A stretch of DNA of 59,132 nt, filler included, from Sphacelaria rigidula (lineage: Eukaryota), in assembly GCA_964200075.2 (NCBI GenBank). It is 6 parts of 6 records of this genome, joined end to end, with 100 filler letters (N's around TTAATTAATTAA, not from the genome) between each part and the next. Parts side by side here need not be neighbours in the genome. Positions count along the whole stretch, not along the records: positions 1 to 9,773 come from CAXNAA020007793.1; positions 9,874 to 19,646 come from CAXNAA020007794.1; 4 more parts are not named here. One strand, 5' to 3'. A program made the translations under genes and the position numbers. The notes under the pieces were generated by a model. The model did not search any database. It was not told the origin of the DNA and saw nothing but the letters and a program-made list of their open reading frames with translations. Positions 1 to 12,865 of the stretch are shown one piece after another. The stretch's first letter is position 1, and each line of letters opens with the position of its first letter.

Positions 1-138
1 TTGGAACCCCTGAGCCAGACAAAATTTCGCGAAAAAAGTGCACCCCTACCGTAGCATTGCTCTAATGCTGGAGCGAATCATACAACGCACTCTCGACCAA
101 CGCTAGACTCTCAAGCGAGCGAAACCTCTCTTAGATAT

Positions 139-405
139 GGGCGCATCAGCCGGGGTCACACAGGAGGAAGGCCAACATAATTTTTTGCTTTGTTTGTCTT
201 TTTTTAGTACTCCACCTTCGTTCTGCGGTGCTTCCCTTGATTTGTACCGCGAGAAGGATTCAGCAGTTCTTTTCCCTCGTCAACCGTGAAGTCGAACTTC
301 TTGCACGCACGACATAATCGTTTTCCATTTTCGGACATGATGTGAGGAAAAATCCCAGATCGTGTGACTTCACCGAGATTCGAACCCACGCCCCAACCGT
401 ATGAA
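139..405 (-). mobile_element. tRNA-derived SINE family 1, partial copy
   Basis: Reverse complement contains B-box GGTTCGAATCTC and a body matching 740-1114. Confidence 0.8.
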
Positions 406-739
406 AAATACATACTCCCACCAAAATGCCGATATTGACGATTCGACGCCGATCTTTGTCCGAAACCGTGGCTTGGGGAATTGTGCGACCTCGGGAAGAC
501 GTGCTACTGTACACTGACCGAGATTATTATAGCGTACTTGTCGGATTTTAGTGCATCCACTTTGACTTTTTACCGAACCAGAAATATTGGATATTAGCAC
601 CCCCTCCCGTCCCTCGGGGGATCTCCGGGTGGCAGGAGTTTCAACTTTCCGGCACTCATTTTGAAGGATCGCAGTAGTCATCGGTATCTCCGTATCTCAA
701 ATGATACGTCTCACATTTGCGTGGTACCGTCAGCTGGTC

Positions 740-1114
740 GCCCCGGTGGCTTAGTGGGTAACCTCGAGACCTTCTCACGGTTGAGACGTCGATTCGAATC
801 TCGTTGAAGTCACACGATTCGAGATTTTTTCTCACACCATGCCCAGCAGTGGAAAATGACTACGTCGGGAGTACAAAAAGTTCGACCTCACGGTCGACGA
901 GAGAGAGGCCACTGAACCCTCCTCGCGATCAAAATAAGGCAAACACCGCAGAAGGAAGGTGGAGTGCTAAAACAAACAAAAAATCAAGTGCTGACCCTTC
1001 CTCCTGTGTGACCCCGGCTGATGCGCCCGCGTGTACCGAAAGGTGTAGACTGGCGTCCAGAATAGATGGGATGGCAACACGCGAACACACACACAAACAC
1101 ACACACACACACAC
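740..1114 (+). mobile_element. tRNA-derived SINE family 1, full length (~370 bp, CA-repeat tail)
   Basis: Head GCCCCGGTGGCTTAGTGG (A-box) ... GATTCGAATCTC (B-box), shared body, (CA)n tail; homologous copies in four of the six contigs. Confidence 0.85.
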
Positions 1115-2779
1115 CGTGGGTCCTCGGCTTCCCTTGTGTGACAACACTGATATCAAGATCACGAACAACGATAGGAAAAAACAAGAAACTAAAATGATAT
1201 TTTTAATCTAGAGCTGTTGTGCTGCTGATGTTGCAGCCGTTAGTTGTAGCCCGGCCCCGCCAGCGGTAGGTAGGCGCTTTTTTCACGAACGAGGATACCG
1301 CACAGTATCGTTCACACGGCGAATGTATCTGGTCAACGCAGATGGGGCGAAATCTATGTCACCTGCCAGCGTGGGCACAGAGCGGCGGTACTGCACTGTA
1401 TATATTTGCACCGCAACACACGGGGTAGACGAGAATACAAGCAGGTACTGCCGAAGGCACTAACTGCTGGAGGACAACTGACGGTGAATGGCTATACACA
1501 TGTAAATAACTCGAGGGATATCGCACAAGGTCTCACATGAGTTATCACGACTCTTCGTCAAGTAGCGCAACCGTGCAAGCGCTTTGTTGGGATTTGGAAT
1601 GCTCGCACTTGGCTTACACCGTATTCAAGTGATCAACAATGGCCACACTCCATCCTAGTATTTACTGGTACATACTAATATCAAGTAAAGCAGCTGTTGG
1701 AGTATACTGTCGTAATATACATCGCCGCTCAGTGTACCCTGTGACGTGTACTCCCACCTCCAGCTGGAGCATATCCCAAATACGTCGGTGTAGCGCACGA
1801 TATACCGAGGATATCACCCCACCTAAATCCACCAAATTCCAACTCAAGAAGCCTACATTACTTGAAAATTGAAGTACGGAGCCACCCGGCCAAACTATCC
1901 ATTTTATATACAATGTAAAACCGAAAAAAAATGTCGTTTTCCTCTGATTTTTTCTGATTTTTTTGGAGAATTCGGACGATTTCGAGAGCTGTATGAAAAA
2001 CGATAGTCCAGACAATGGCCAAACTATTAGCATCTGGAATCGGTAGAGTGCACTAGAATCCTCTCGGACAGAGTAGTAACTGGAACCAAACTCCAGGCCA
2101 TTTTTTCGCGGAATAAGTGGTGCTGAATTGCCAATATATGTATATCTATATATAGACTACATATGCATTAGGTGTTTCTCACACCCATAAGAAACGGCCT
2201 CACTTGTAAGATCCTGCAGCTCCGGAAACCACTGTTCGCGGAGGAATATTGAGCATGTTGCCTGGACACAAAATCATTGATGGTGTGGCATCCCCGACTT
2301 TCCACACGATTAATCAAGATTGAGCACCTTTTCGCGGGGTCGCCTTCCCCCCATCACCGAGGACAGCTTGGGTCACTTCACCTCGATCACCCACGATGCT
2401 TGCGACGTTGTTGATGCCTCCTCGGGAAACGCAAAATGATACCTGTCGCCGTGCTCCTTGATTCCACCACGGGACGACACTAGCGATGATACCCTTTCGA
2501 CTTGGGTTGTGTATGTATCGGCACCGATACATTCGACGCCGCTAATATTGGTCGATATGTATCATATCGGACATCGAACATCATGATTGGCCCCGCTGTC
2601 CGCGAACACAAAATACGTGACAGCGGGGTACGAGAAGCCGAAGTGCTACCTTCGCGCTACTCCCGCGTGATCGGTGTTCAGCGCTGTAGAGAGCCATTAT
2701 GAAAAAAAAATGGGGAAAAATGAGCTAGCGTAGGATCCGGATGGGTACGCTGACAGGGAGTAATATATATATATTTTTT

Positions 2780-2912
2780 CTGTGTCTTCTTTTTCTCAAG
2801 CGAGTGTTTCAGTCTTGTTTTATCTTGGTTGGGTATGTCTATCATGTGACCTCGGCTGGATCCCGGGGGGGTCGGTTAAAGTGCGACAAAAACAATGAAA
2901 AAAAGCAATCAA
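2780..2912 (+). mobile_element. 3' tail fragment of RTE-like LINE (CAAT-type tail)
   Basis: TTGGGTATGTCTATCATGTGACC..GGCTGGATCCCGGGGGG..AAGTGCGACAA motif shared with 34470-34711, 42830-42948 and 25480-25700. Confidence 0.6.
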
Positions 2913-5338
2913 TTCAGGTAGCTCATGAGCTGTCCGACGTATGCAAATAATTTGATAAGATATGAGACAAAAATGCCCTATTTTGTTCTGCCTCCGACGG
3001 CCTGCTCGCTGCGCTCACCGATATTTTTGCAACGTATGCTGCAGTAATATTTTCTCGACACACGGGTTTCGCCAATCTTCGTTACATATATTATATTGCT
3101 TGTTATTGCTGGTGCACAACCCTAGTTTTAACCCCTTAGGCTGCGACCCCCCCACAGGCCGCCTCGGATCGCCCATAGCACATTTGGGGTTCAGAACTGC
3201 GCACATGAACACGTAAATGTTGAGCATCTGTACAGCAAATCAGTGCTAGAGAACCCCTGGTCGGTTTCGAGGCACAAGCCTAGTGCACAGAGGTCATCGC
3301 TGAGGCGTTCACGTCTGGTAGGCGCCCTGGTACGTGGCAAGTGGTGCACGCTGACAGCCACTACTACTGCCGCTATGTACTCACGCATACATACTCTCTG
3401 GGCTCTTTCGGGGAATTACTGGCACAGCTCGACCATGTTTATCTTACACGCATGTCAGATCGTCTCAACTACAGCTAGCTTTTCACTGCTTGAACTACCG
3501 CTGCTGCTGCTGTACCGTACACACATACGTTCTTCATCGGCGGTTGAATGAACCAGTGTATCGTAATCATCACTTCCCCACTGCACACAGTCTACTTCAC
3601 GTTATTCTTTCATCTGTGCGTAGTGCTCGACAACACTACAGTGTGCTACCATCCTGGCGACACAAGGGAGCCAGGGAGCACAGACTACGCCCAGAGCGAG
3701 AAGCATCCCCTTTTTCGTGTGCTTCGATGACTGAGTGATCGACACCCACACGGTTATTACGACGGGGATGCGAAGTAGGTGTTTTGAAGGTGTTTCGCTG
3801 GGGAACATGTTGACTAATTCGACCAATCAGAACGATCAAACGGTCACTCCCCTCCCTTTGGACTTTGTGCCGTACTCGGAATTGTCTTCTGGAAACTTCC
3901 AAATACGCATAGTTGACTTCATAGGATTTTCGGCTGGTCTGAGAATAAGCCCCCCCCCCGCTCGCTGAAAACCCTCGGATGTCTCTGGGCTGTCAGTCGG
4001 TAAAAACCAAGGTGAGTCTCGCAGCCAAAGAGTTAGATGAAATAATTATTCATCTCATCGTGATACAGAACCGGTCCGCTACGGCGTTGGCTCGCTCATA
4101 GAAAATACTGTTTCGGGGCCAGGCCCATACCATATTATTAGTATCACCCGGAGGACAAATATATCGGAATCTTGTAGCGCTAATCCTACATCCCAATTCT
4201 TGGGCCTTCTTTGCCACGATACCCTACCCCGAAAAATTGGCCTGAGTTTCGCACTAACCTGTCCTGTCGGCTCTATGTACTATTTCTTCATACCAGATGT
4301 ACCGTTGGCGCAACTGATCCGCATCCATGCTATATTCACATTTTCTTGCCATTTTTTGTCCGTTGACAGTTCCGCGATATTGTAGTGGACGAGTCATTTG
4401 TAGGCGTAGATTGACACTAGTTAGACCCAAGATGATGAGCATAATTTTTCACGGTTGGGGTTGTCACCGATAGTATGGAATTCGTCGCGGGAATTCCAAG
4501 TAGCGGTGTCACGCCGATACTGCATCGCTAGCTGTTTTCGAGCTGACGACCATGCGATACAGCGTGCACAACCACGCATCCGCCGGCTCAAGGGTAAGGT
4601 TCGTGTGTACTTTACATGTTCATGGCCGAAAATCCTTTTGGCCACGGTGGTCTCTAAGCGTCACGGCGAAATGCGCCTGGTCGTGGCTTATACACGGTAA
4701 ATTGTGACGGGGGGAATGAGCATGGTATTTATTGCCTTTGTGGCCCCAATCTCCCCTGTTTCTATATGGACTTTGTCCCTCCGCCAGAACAACTACCCCG
4801 GACCATGAAGAGTCGTCCAATTGACGTTCACCTAACCACCTGGGTTGTGGAGGGATCAAATGAAGGACCCGTGAAGAAGCTAGAGCTACTTTTACGGAAG
4901 ATTTGTTTTTTCTTCAGAAATTAGTTTTTTGCCACTTTTCAAGTGCTTCACATGCTGGTTTCTTGTCTGTGTTTCCATGCCGCTGCGCCGCAGCCCGCCC
5001 TACAACTTCCCCCACACAACGAAGATTAGGGCTAAGTCCCTCCTAAAACGCATTGACACACCCACTGCAGCAACTTACCAAGCCTCAGGGCACATGAAAT
5101 GGACTGTCGCTATCGTGCTGCTATGCGTGGGCGTGGGATGCTAAGGTCTTACCTCACTGTCTAATTTTCCAATTGCCTCTGAAGTGTTATAAAAAAAGCA
5201 AAGCACTTAGCTCAGCATTTCCTTGCGTGAGGCATTACGGCTTGAGCCAAGGCGAGTTTCTTGATAACGCGCCGGATCTGTGCGCCAACTTATAGTCAAT
5301 GTGCTGCAAATCTGTGTGTTCCGCGCGTCTTACGACAG

Positions 5339-6629
5339 ATGCTGTGGGTGAACAAACCTTCGGGTCTGCTGTCTCAAGGCGACCGTACTGGCGATGCAGA
5401 CGTGTTGGGGTTAGCCCGAGAGTACATCCGAGTGGCTGCCAACAAACCTGGAGAGGCTTTTGTAGCCATGGTACATCGCCTCGATCGACCAGGTAAAACG
5501 GTTGCAAGGCGGGGTGCCCAACAGCTTTTGCTCCGGGGCGACGCACAGAAATTCCTTCATGATTCAAACCGGGTACTATCGCTTTTCTCTTGTGGAAGAA
5601 ATTTCGTCCCGCGTTGACCCAAGCGCCGGTATATGTTGAAGGAGGGGGGGAACTCCCATCTCGCGCATTGAGACACAGCGATTCCAATATATGTCTAATA
5701 CCTGCAAGGGATGACTGAAGCAACACATGTACCCCTGTGTCAGAATATTGCTTTTTTAACGTTGTGTTGCGCCTAAGTTAACGATCTTCTGCGCGGACCC
5801 CATCATCCCAGTGTCAGGTGTCATGTGCATAGCGCGAACCAGCAAGGCGGCCGCTCGACTCTCCGCCAACTTTAGGGACCGCGTCAGTGTGGACAAAATA
5901 TACCATGCTGTGGTTGCCGGAAAACTCTCCGGCAGCGGCACTTGCGAGGACTTCCTTGTGCCAATTGCAAGCAACGATATGAACGATGCGAAGGGGTGGC
6001 GGGGTCCCAGGACAATAATAGCCCAAGAAGACACAGCAGCGATGAGGCTAGAGAAGGGGGAAGGGGAAGGCGTAAGGAAGCGTACGGCCGGCGCGGCAGA
6101 TGCGGCCGGCTCTGGTCAGCTCGCCGTGTTGGAGTGGAGAGCAGTCCATCACCTTAATTCAGCCAATTCGAAGCTGTGTCGTCCGGTTGGAGGGGGTGAG
6201 GACCGCCCTCATACCCTGGTGCAGATCAAGCCCATGACTGGGCGGAAGCACCAGATCAGGGCGCAGCTTGCGGCAATGGGGTACCCGGTAGTGGGGGATG
6301 TGCGCTACGGTGGTCGATCGTCTGCATCGTACCGCAGCGCTAGGAGAAATTGGAGAAACAACAAGGGTGCCAAGAATCCTCACGATAGAGTTGGGGTGTT
6401 GGAGGAGTATGCCACCGGTGTTGCCGGCATGACTCCTCTCAAGGACAGGAGCATTTTGTTGCATGCCAGCGAGTTGGCAGTGCCGCATCCTACGCGGCCG
6501 GGCGAGGTGGTGCGTGTGTGGGCTCCACCCCCCGATAGCTGGGCTAAACTTTGCGGAGACGACATCTTAAGATTCATGATGCCTCGTGGCTGCAAGCAGA
6601 ACGTGGTAGCTCGAGCGAGACGAAAATAA
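5339..6629 (+). CDS. RluA/RluD-family RNA pseudouridine synthase, exons 5339-5492 and 5812-6629 (upstream exon(s) not resolved)
   Basis: Spliced translation [13 protein letters not shown]...[25 protein letters not shown]...KIYHAVV...[26 protein letters not shown]...LLHASEL has motif I (NKP), catalytic HRLD and TGRxHQIR; phase-1 GT-AG intron 5493-5811. Confidence 0.92.
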
Positions 6630-6798
6630 CGGCATACTTTTCCACGTCACCACTAACGTTGTGACCTCTATCGTTGGTACTGGTGTGCTGCGGCAGCTGT
6701 TGCCGCCTGGGCGGAGCAATTTCGGCGCGGCCAGTTGTTCAAGATCAATGCAGGAGCAAGGAGATAGTTCTTATGTATTCTACCGTGCGATCACGCTT

Positions 6799-7098
6799 AA
6801 CAACGTTTTCGTGAGATTGAGAGTAGGGCGCTGATTGAGAGTGGCTTTGATCGTTAGCTTTAACTTATCCAATTTTTCATTCCATGCGTACTTTTTTTTG
6901 CCTCCGTCGCTGGCGTGTGCTTACAGCTACACGTCGATATCCTACCCAGGGATATCAAGCGCCTCAGTGGCAAGCTCCTACAGGAAGCTTATCGGGCCTG
7001 GTGGAGGGGCATTTCGGAACTGAAACGATTCATTCACTGATTGACCGCTTTTCACTCTCAATCGTATCCCCTACTCTCAATCTCACGAAAATATTGTT
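6799..7098. mobile_element. ~300-bp MITE, family B
   Basis: TIRs AACAACGTTTTCGTGAGATTGAGAGTAG / CTACTCTCAATCTCACGAAAATATTGTT; copies at 17864-18161, 37359-37660 and 32478-32785, partial copies at 34812-34928 and 38641-38700. Confidence 0.85.
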
Positions 7099-7409
7099 GC
7101 CTGCACCAGGGGTTGGATGGGTGTATAGTTACGCCGTTCGCACCGTTCCTAACGTTGAGAAACGAGGTGATGTTGTTACGTTTTCGAACGTTTTTAAAAG
7201 CCACGTCTGTTTCCTCTTCCAGATTTGAGAAGTTACACCCCCGAATATCAGCACTGCTGCTTGTTTCCTTGAGGTTGGCGCACGCAAAACCGCGATACTG
7301 TACACACCACAACTGCAGTGCCGATATACTTTTGCTCTTTGTTGGGATCACCATGACACTGGGTGCTTCCGGTGCTCCATTGAAACGGCAAGATGAGATG
7401 TAAAATGTA

Positions 7410-7665
7410 CAAGGTTCGGGCAAATTACTGATTCGTCTGGAAATTACTTAATTTTAGTGTAATTGATTCGTACCGTACGGATCAATTCTCAAGCTCTGTT
7501 TTCAGCGTCACAACCCAGGTACGCACAGTCCAGGCACGTGGAATGGCGCAACATTTGCGTGGAGACCTTCTTGACATGCGGTCAATTTTTTTCTCTTTCG
7601 AGCAATCAGGCCTTAAAAATCGTAGATTTGGTGATTCGAACCGGCAATGATTAGTCCAAACCGTA
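7410..7665. mobile_element. hAT-type MITE, family E (256 bp)
   Basis: Ends CAAGGTTCGGGC / GATTAGTCCAAACCGTA; perfect 8-bp TSD AAAATGTA (7402-7409, 7666-7673). Confidence 0.8.
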
Positions 7666-8307
7666 AAAATGTAGCATGTGATGGACCAAAGCCGTACGCC
7701 AAGGTGTCATTTGTTCGCTCTTCCCGGTGGAAAATGGAAAATACGACAAGTTTCCAAATAAATACTGCAATCCACGATCGTGGAGAACGTAGCATCTATC
7801 CGGGATCTGAGCTTGTTCGTTCCTGCGATCGAGAGACCATACACCAACTTTACTCGCGTTTTGTAAGGTCCTGGATCAATGAGTGCTGAGTGCTTGAAAA
7901 AAATCGCATGTACAAAATGAGCTTCGTGGGTGTTTCCTCTGAGCACATGTAGCCCAAAAACCCGGGCGCTACTTTCGAACACAATCCCACACATGGAGAA
8001 CGAAGGAAGGTCCCTTTAGTGAATTTTTTACACCAATGCACAGCGGATCACAAAGGCATATGACCAAATACAAGTCGGTTTTACGAGGTCTACAAGAGAC
8101 ACCCGAAAACATAACGTCTTCAACTCCATGCAGTCTTTCACCACAACAGAACTATGTACACTCAACACACCACACACACATCCTTTACGCGAACTAAAAG
8201 AGCCTAACCTTCAGCTACTCAACAGGGCTTAATTCAGGCACGATCTGTCCAAATACCAATGTGCAGACTTCGTTCGACTCAGAATAACCAATACAAAGAA
8301 GAGTGCC

Positions 8308-9667
8308 CTAGTTCACACCGTGGTGCGGGTCGACCGTGGAAATCAACGGCGTAGTTAGCTCATGATTTTCATGGTCTGCTCTCGCTCCGTCATGACCTCC
8401 CTCGCCGACAACGTGCCCGTGGTGATCTGGTGCCTCTCCGGTCTTGACAACTTCCAAACCGAGCACGACTACGGTGGAAAACACAGCGAGAGCTCCCTTG
8501 GCCAAGATCATGCCAACATCGGCCGAGTCCCCTAGGAATGCCTCCAACCACAAGTCGAATGCTTCTTCCCACGCCCACCCAACCATAAGGCTTACACCAC
8601 CCACGACGACAAGCATCCGCTTCGCATGCAGCGCGGTCACAGCTTTTCTCCATTCTTCCACTCGCTGGCTGCCGTTATCTACCAACCTTCGCCATTCTCG
8701 GCCGTTGCTGCGCCAAAACTTCCACGCTTCGTTACCGTCATCGCTCGCGATATCACCGTTCACATGGCCATTTCCCACACCTACATTTTGCCGCTGTCCA
8801 CTATTATTGTCAATCCCCACGTTGTCCAGTCTATCCGCTCCTCGCACCATGATGCACACACCTACAGCAGTGCCAATCGTGGCGTAGACGGTCGCTCCGA
8901 GCGCCGACCCGAACCGAAACTCGAGCTCTTCCTGCCGAAACTCCACCTGGCCCCACAAGTTATAGGCCCACCCTACCATCATCCCCGCGGTGAGCCGCAG
9001 ATACGTCTTGACGCCTCGACGAAGAGATTGGCCCCGAGCGCGTGCCGCTGCGGCGACTGCCTCCACCAAAGCGTCTTCTTCCGCTATCGGGAACGAGGCC
9101 AAAACATCTTCTTTGTCTCGACGCTCCTCGCTGCCGACAGGGATTTCACCGGCGACAGCATCATCGGCATCTCCACCGCCGTTGACGCTTGTACGAGGCC
9201 GCAAAGAGGTCGAGGATGCACCTCTCATAGAGGTTAACGCTAGCTGGGAAAGATCACGAGAGCTGGTGTTACTTTCACGTCCACGACGACCGCTGGGTTC
9301 GACGTCAGATGCCAAAGCAGCCGTAAACGGCCCCCCGGCTTCCACCGCTCGCAGCAGGTGGTCACTGCTCCCCCGGATGCTTCCCGCCCCTTCTCCTGTC
9401 TCGGTCCTGACTACACCGCCGCCGTGATCGCCGCCGTGCGCGTTCACTTCGCCGGCCGCGACGGCCTCCGCTACTGTTCCCCCCAAGACGCACGACGCCA
9501 CTGCCGTGCATAAGAGCGCGTAGACGAGAAAGAAAAGTGACGCAGCCAGGTGTATATCCACCTCTTGGCCGTCCCCCTTGCCGCTGCCGTTCTGTGGACC
9601 ATTAGCCGCGCTGGTCCGGTAGAAGAAGCCGTACAGGCCAATGTGTACGGCCTGAGTTACGAGCCAG
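8308..9667 (-). CDS. Terminal exon (~450 aa) of an uncharacterised multi-pass membrane protein
   Basis: Long open frame with several hydrophobic helices in pairs (e.g. LTAGMMVGWAY, VSLMVGWAWEEAFD); acceptor TTTTTTATCAG at 9668-9678. The ORF-track start MSTPPP comes from a retroelement tail. Confidence 0.75.
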
Positions 9668-9711
9668 CTGATAAAAAAGTTGAGACGCACGAGGTCCCGG
9701 AGGGGGGGGGG

Positions 9712-9773
9712 CGTACTCATTTGTTGCTTGCCTTAGTCATTTGACCATTGACCACGCATCCCGTTCGAGACGG
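9712..9773 (-). mobile_element. Mini retro-tail (module C) of the poly(C)-associated LINE
   Basis: Matches the 3' end of LINE 55254-59070; adjacent G10 run on + strand. Confidence 0.8.
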
Positions 9774-9873
9774 NNNNNNNNNNNNNNNNNNNNNNNNNNN
9801 NNNNNNNNNNNNNNNNNTTAATTAATTAANNNNNNNNNNNNNNNNNNNNNNNNNNNNNNNNNNNNNNNNNNNN
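9774..9873. other. Artificial contig linker (N44-TTAATTAATTAA-N44); same linker at 19647-19746, 29519-29618, 39391-39490, 49262-49361
   Basis: Five identical 100-bp spacers containing a six-frame stop palindrome; flanking pieces are 9773, 9773, 9772, 9772, 9771 and 9771 bp. Confidence 0.97.
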
Positions 9874-9989
9874 TATTAATTTTTCCACAACGAGCAATGA
9901 CTCGAGTGCTCGCCCTATTAATTTTTCGGCCAACGAGCACGAGTGCCACTCGTGCTCGTCCGACGTATGGAGAATTTTGTCATTTGAAT

Positions 9990-10350
9990 TACCACAACAC
10001 AACCCAGACATGGATTTGAGCTACAAAAGTCAAGCACTTTTTTTTTCACTCCAGTACCCGAACACAGCCTGGACATGGAGGTGGAATAGCGAAACAAACC
10101 ATTTTTTCTTCACATCAACACAAACCGGATATGGACATGAACCGACGAAGCTAATCATTCCTACCTTTGTACGAACCAGGACACAGGCCGGGCACAGACA
10201 TGAAATAACGAAGCCAACCATTTTTTTCCATTACCATATCACAGACCGGATGTAGACATGAAATACCTAAGCTAGCCATTTTTCCTTGTGCATCAACCAG
10301 AACACGGACCAGAGACTCGAATAGACATGGAATAACGAAGCTAACCATTT
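9990..10350. repeat. Diverged ~60-bp tandem repeat (~6 units)
   Basis: Recurring GACATG(A/G)AATAACGAAGCTAACCATTTT motif at ~60-bp period. Confidence 0.7.
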
Positions 10351-10414
10351 AATGTTCACTTGTATCGAGACAAAAAAATAATCGGCCTTCTGTCGCTCAC
10401 ATCGCAACAAAGGT

Positions 10415-11460
10415 GACACCCACTTTTATGGCGGGCACGAATATCGATTTTTCAAGATTGGGGGGGGGGAACTCGTGGAACGCATTTTATGGACACGGAT
10501 TTGGACCAAATCGGGGGCGAAAAAATCGCGCGGTCACGATCTCAGAACGGGGTTCCCTGACTTTTCGAAAACGTCGAGGCGAATCGTTCCAAGACCGTGA
10601 CTCCCCCTAATTTTTTTTGAGGTGATGTACGTGCAGTGACGTACATTGCTAGAGTACGAGGCGTTTGATATTTTTGCAACGGCAGCAGAAGACAGTCTCG
10701 TTACAGCACAGACAGGGCGTGCCTACCACACCCTGGACAATATATGGTCAATAGGTTCAATAGACAAGAAGTGTACTGCATAAAGTATGGGCCTATTGCA
10801 ACTATTGCCGGCCGACAATAGCCGCAATAGGCCTATACTTTACGCAGTACGTTTCTTGTCTATTGCCACTATTGACCATATATTGTCCAAGGTGTGGTGC
10901 CTACTGCCCCCAGCTGCTGAAGCAACTTCGCACGGGGTTTGACAAGTAGATAATAAATGCTGACGCCATATCCTGCGGCGATAGTAATATTTTATGCCGC
11001 GCTTCGCTGCCATATGTACCACTATAATAACGACCGCTACTGTACTCTCCGAGCTCTTGTCGCTGTACTTGAGGAGTGATGTACATGTACAGCACTGCAC
11101 TACTGAACTCTGCTCGCGCCCTGTTTGTTCTCTGGTCTCGCAATATCGGCTGTGGCATCATGTACAACCACAAGGCATTACACTGTACTGATATGTCCTG
11201 CACTGTATTGCCCTAGGGTACCAAGGTACGACACTGTACTCGAAGGATTGTTTTCCGCCTGCCTCTGCTCTTCGGCTTCATGCACGAGTATGCACCACCA
11301 CACTCATGCAGAAAATGACCGTCTGTGTACAGAACCGTTTCACAAATCTGTGATACGGCATTGTCTGTGCCATAAAACGGTCCCCCCGATTTTGAGTCCG
11401 CGAATTTGAGTCCCGCCCATTTTTTCAAAATCGAGATTCGTTGCCATAAAAGTGGGTCTG
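10415..11460. mobile_element. Non-autonomous TIR DNA element (~1.05 kb)
   Basis: ACCCACTTTTATGGC..ACGAATATCGATTTT at left and its inverse AAAATCGAGATTCGTTGCCATAAAAGTGGGT at right; no TSD seen. Confidence 0.65.
10727..10896. mobile_element. Fully palindromic 170-bp hAT-type MITE
   Basis: ~80-bp inverted arms, short loop, perfect 8-bp TSD GTGCCTAC (10719-10726, 10897-10904). Confidence 0.85.
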
Positions 11461-11719
11461 AGACATGCACCAAAGAAGGACGCCCAGGTATGTAAGACTC
11501 TGATAGCTTGAAGGTTGACCCCCTTTTACATGCATGACCGAAAACACAGAAATATACAAATACGATATAGTATGTCACCCCGATATGTCGATTTAACATG
11601 AACGTTGGGTCTAGGCTTCTACTTATTATGCTAGTGAGGTCATTTTTTGATGCTAGTATTCTCACCAAAATTATGCTCGTATATTGGAATATGTGCTCAA
11701 TTTATGCTCGCATTTTCAC

Positions 11720-12222
11720 AACATTCAGTACCAAGTCTGATCTCCTGCGAAACAGAATGCAGGATAGAGTCCACGAGGTACGTGTGTACGCCAACGATTG
11801 CATTGGGCACCAGGAGACCTGCTCGGAGGCGACAAACATAAGACTCTTCAAAGCTGTCAAGTTCGCGAACTTCACGTACATGGAGTAACACATGTACCCG
11901 AAAGATGACATCAGCACGTTAGCGGTGTTTCCGTTTGTGACGAATGACATCGTCGATAAGCTCGTTATCGAAAGGGACAAATATCGCTTAGCGGCAACCG
12001 ACGTCAATGCTGAATACGACCTATTGACGTTTTGAAGGGAAAACAGGAGCCGTCTGCAAGCTTGGCACAGCATGGCGATGGATCTGGCGCTAATCCAGCC
12101 ATCGTCATGCTTCATAGAGCGAGTGTTCTCTATCCTCCGGGCGTGCCTGTACAGTAGACAGGGGCAAACTCTTACAGTGATCGCACTGCCGCAGCAATGC
12201 TCCTTGAATATAACAGAGGGCA
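11720..12222 (+). pseudogene. Decayed hAT transposase C-terminal dimerization domain
   Basis: Translation ...DLLTF*RENRSRLQAWHSMAMDLALIQPSSCFIERVFSILR... matches the hAT dimerization motif (W..L..A..L..P.SS..ERVFS); stops and a frameshift. Confidence 0.8.
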
Positions 12223-12275
12223 AAGTGGTCAGAGTTTATACTGTGCAGACAGTACATTTAACTTGTTGATGTTTT

Positions 12276-12637
12276 GTGCCGTGTGTGTTGTTTGTGTTAT
12301 CGTCCCATTTATTCTGGACGCCGGTTTGCACCTCGCAGTACATGTGGGCGCATCAGCCGGGGTCACACAGGAGGAAGGTCAACACAGGAGTTTTTGTTTG
12401 TTTGTTTTGTTTCTCCACCGTCCTTCTGCGGTGCTTGCCCTTCTTTTGTATCGCGAGAGGGGTTCAGCAGTCCCTTTCCCTCGTCGACCATTGAGTCGAT
12501 TATTTTGTGCACCCACGACATTGTCGCTCTTCACTGTTGGGGATTGTGTAAGAAAAAATCCCAGATCGCTCCGAGATTCAAACCCACGACACAACCGTCA
12601 GAAGGTTTCGAGGTTACCAACTGAGGCACTGGGGCTA
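12276..12637 (-). mobile_element. tRNA-derived SINE family 1, full length
   Basis: Reverse complement begins GCCCCAGTGCCTCAGTTGGT...GGTTTGAATCTC; body and tail match 740-1114. Confidence 0.85.
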
Positions 12638-12865
12638 CCAGCCTCGTGTGCTTTCATGAAAACGCTGTTCGGATCTTCACTCGATTAGACCGGCGGTTTT
12701 AACGACCAGTTCTAGAGCATACACGTATTTCAGACCCGCGGTCGATGATAGCAGAGTTTTCGCCCAAAATATCACAACAGGCCTGCATTGAGACTGGTGT
12801 TCCCACCCCTATGGTGAAAATGTACGCTCGATTATGCTCCCAACGTGGAAATTATGCTCGATTAT

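Noticed and set aside
9668-9720. ATG start of the 470-aa ORF
   Set aside because: The ATG lies in a module-C retro-tail; a splice acceptor at 9668 explains the frame.
9818-9829. TTAATTAATTAA palindrome as a biological site
   Set aside because: Assembly linker embedded in Ns.
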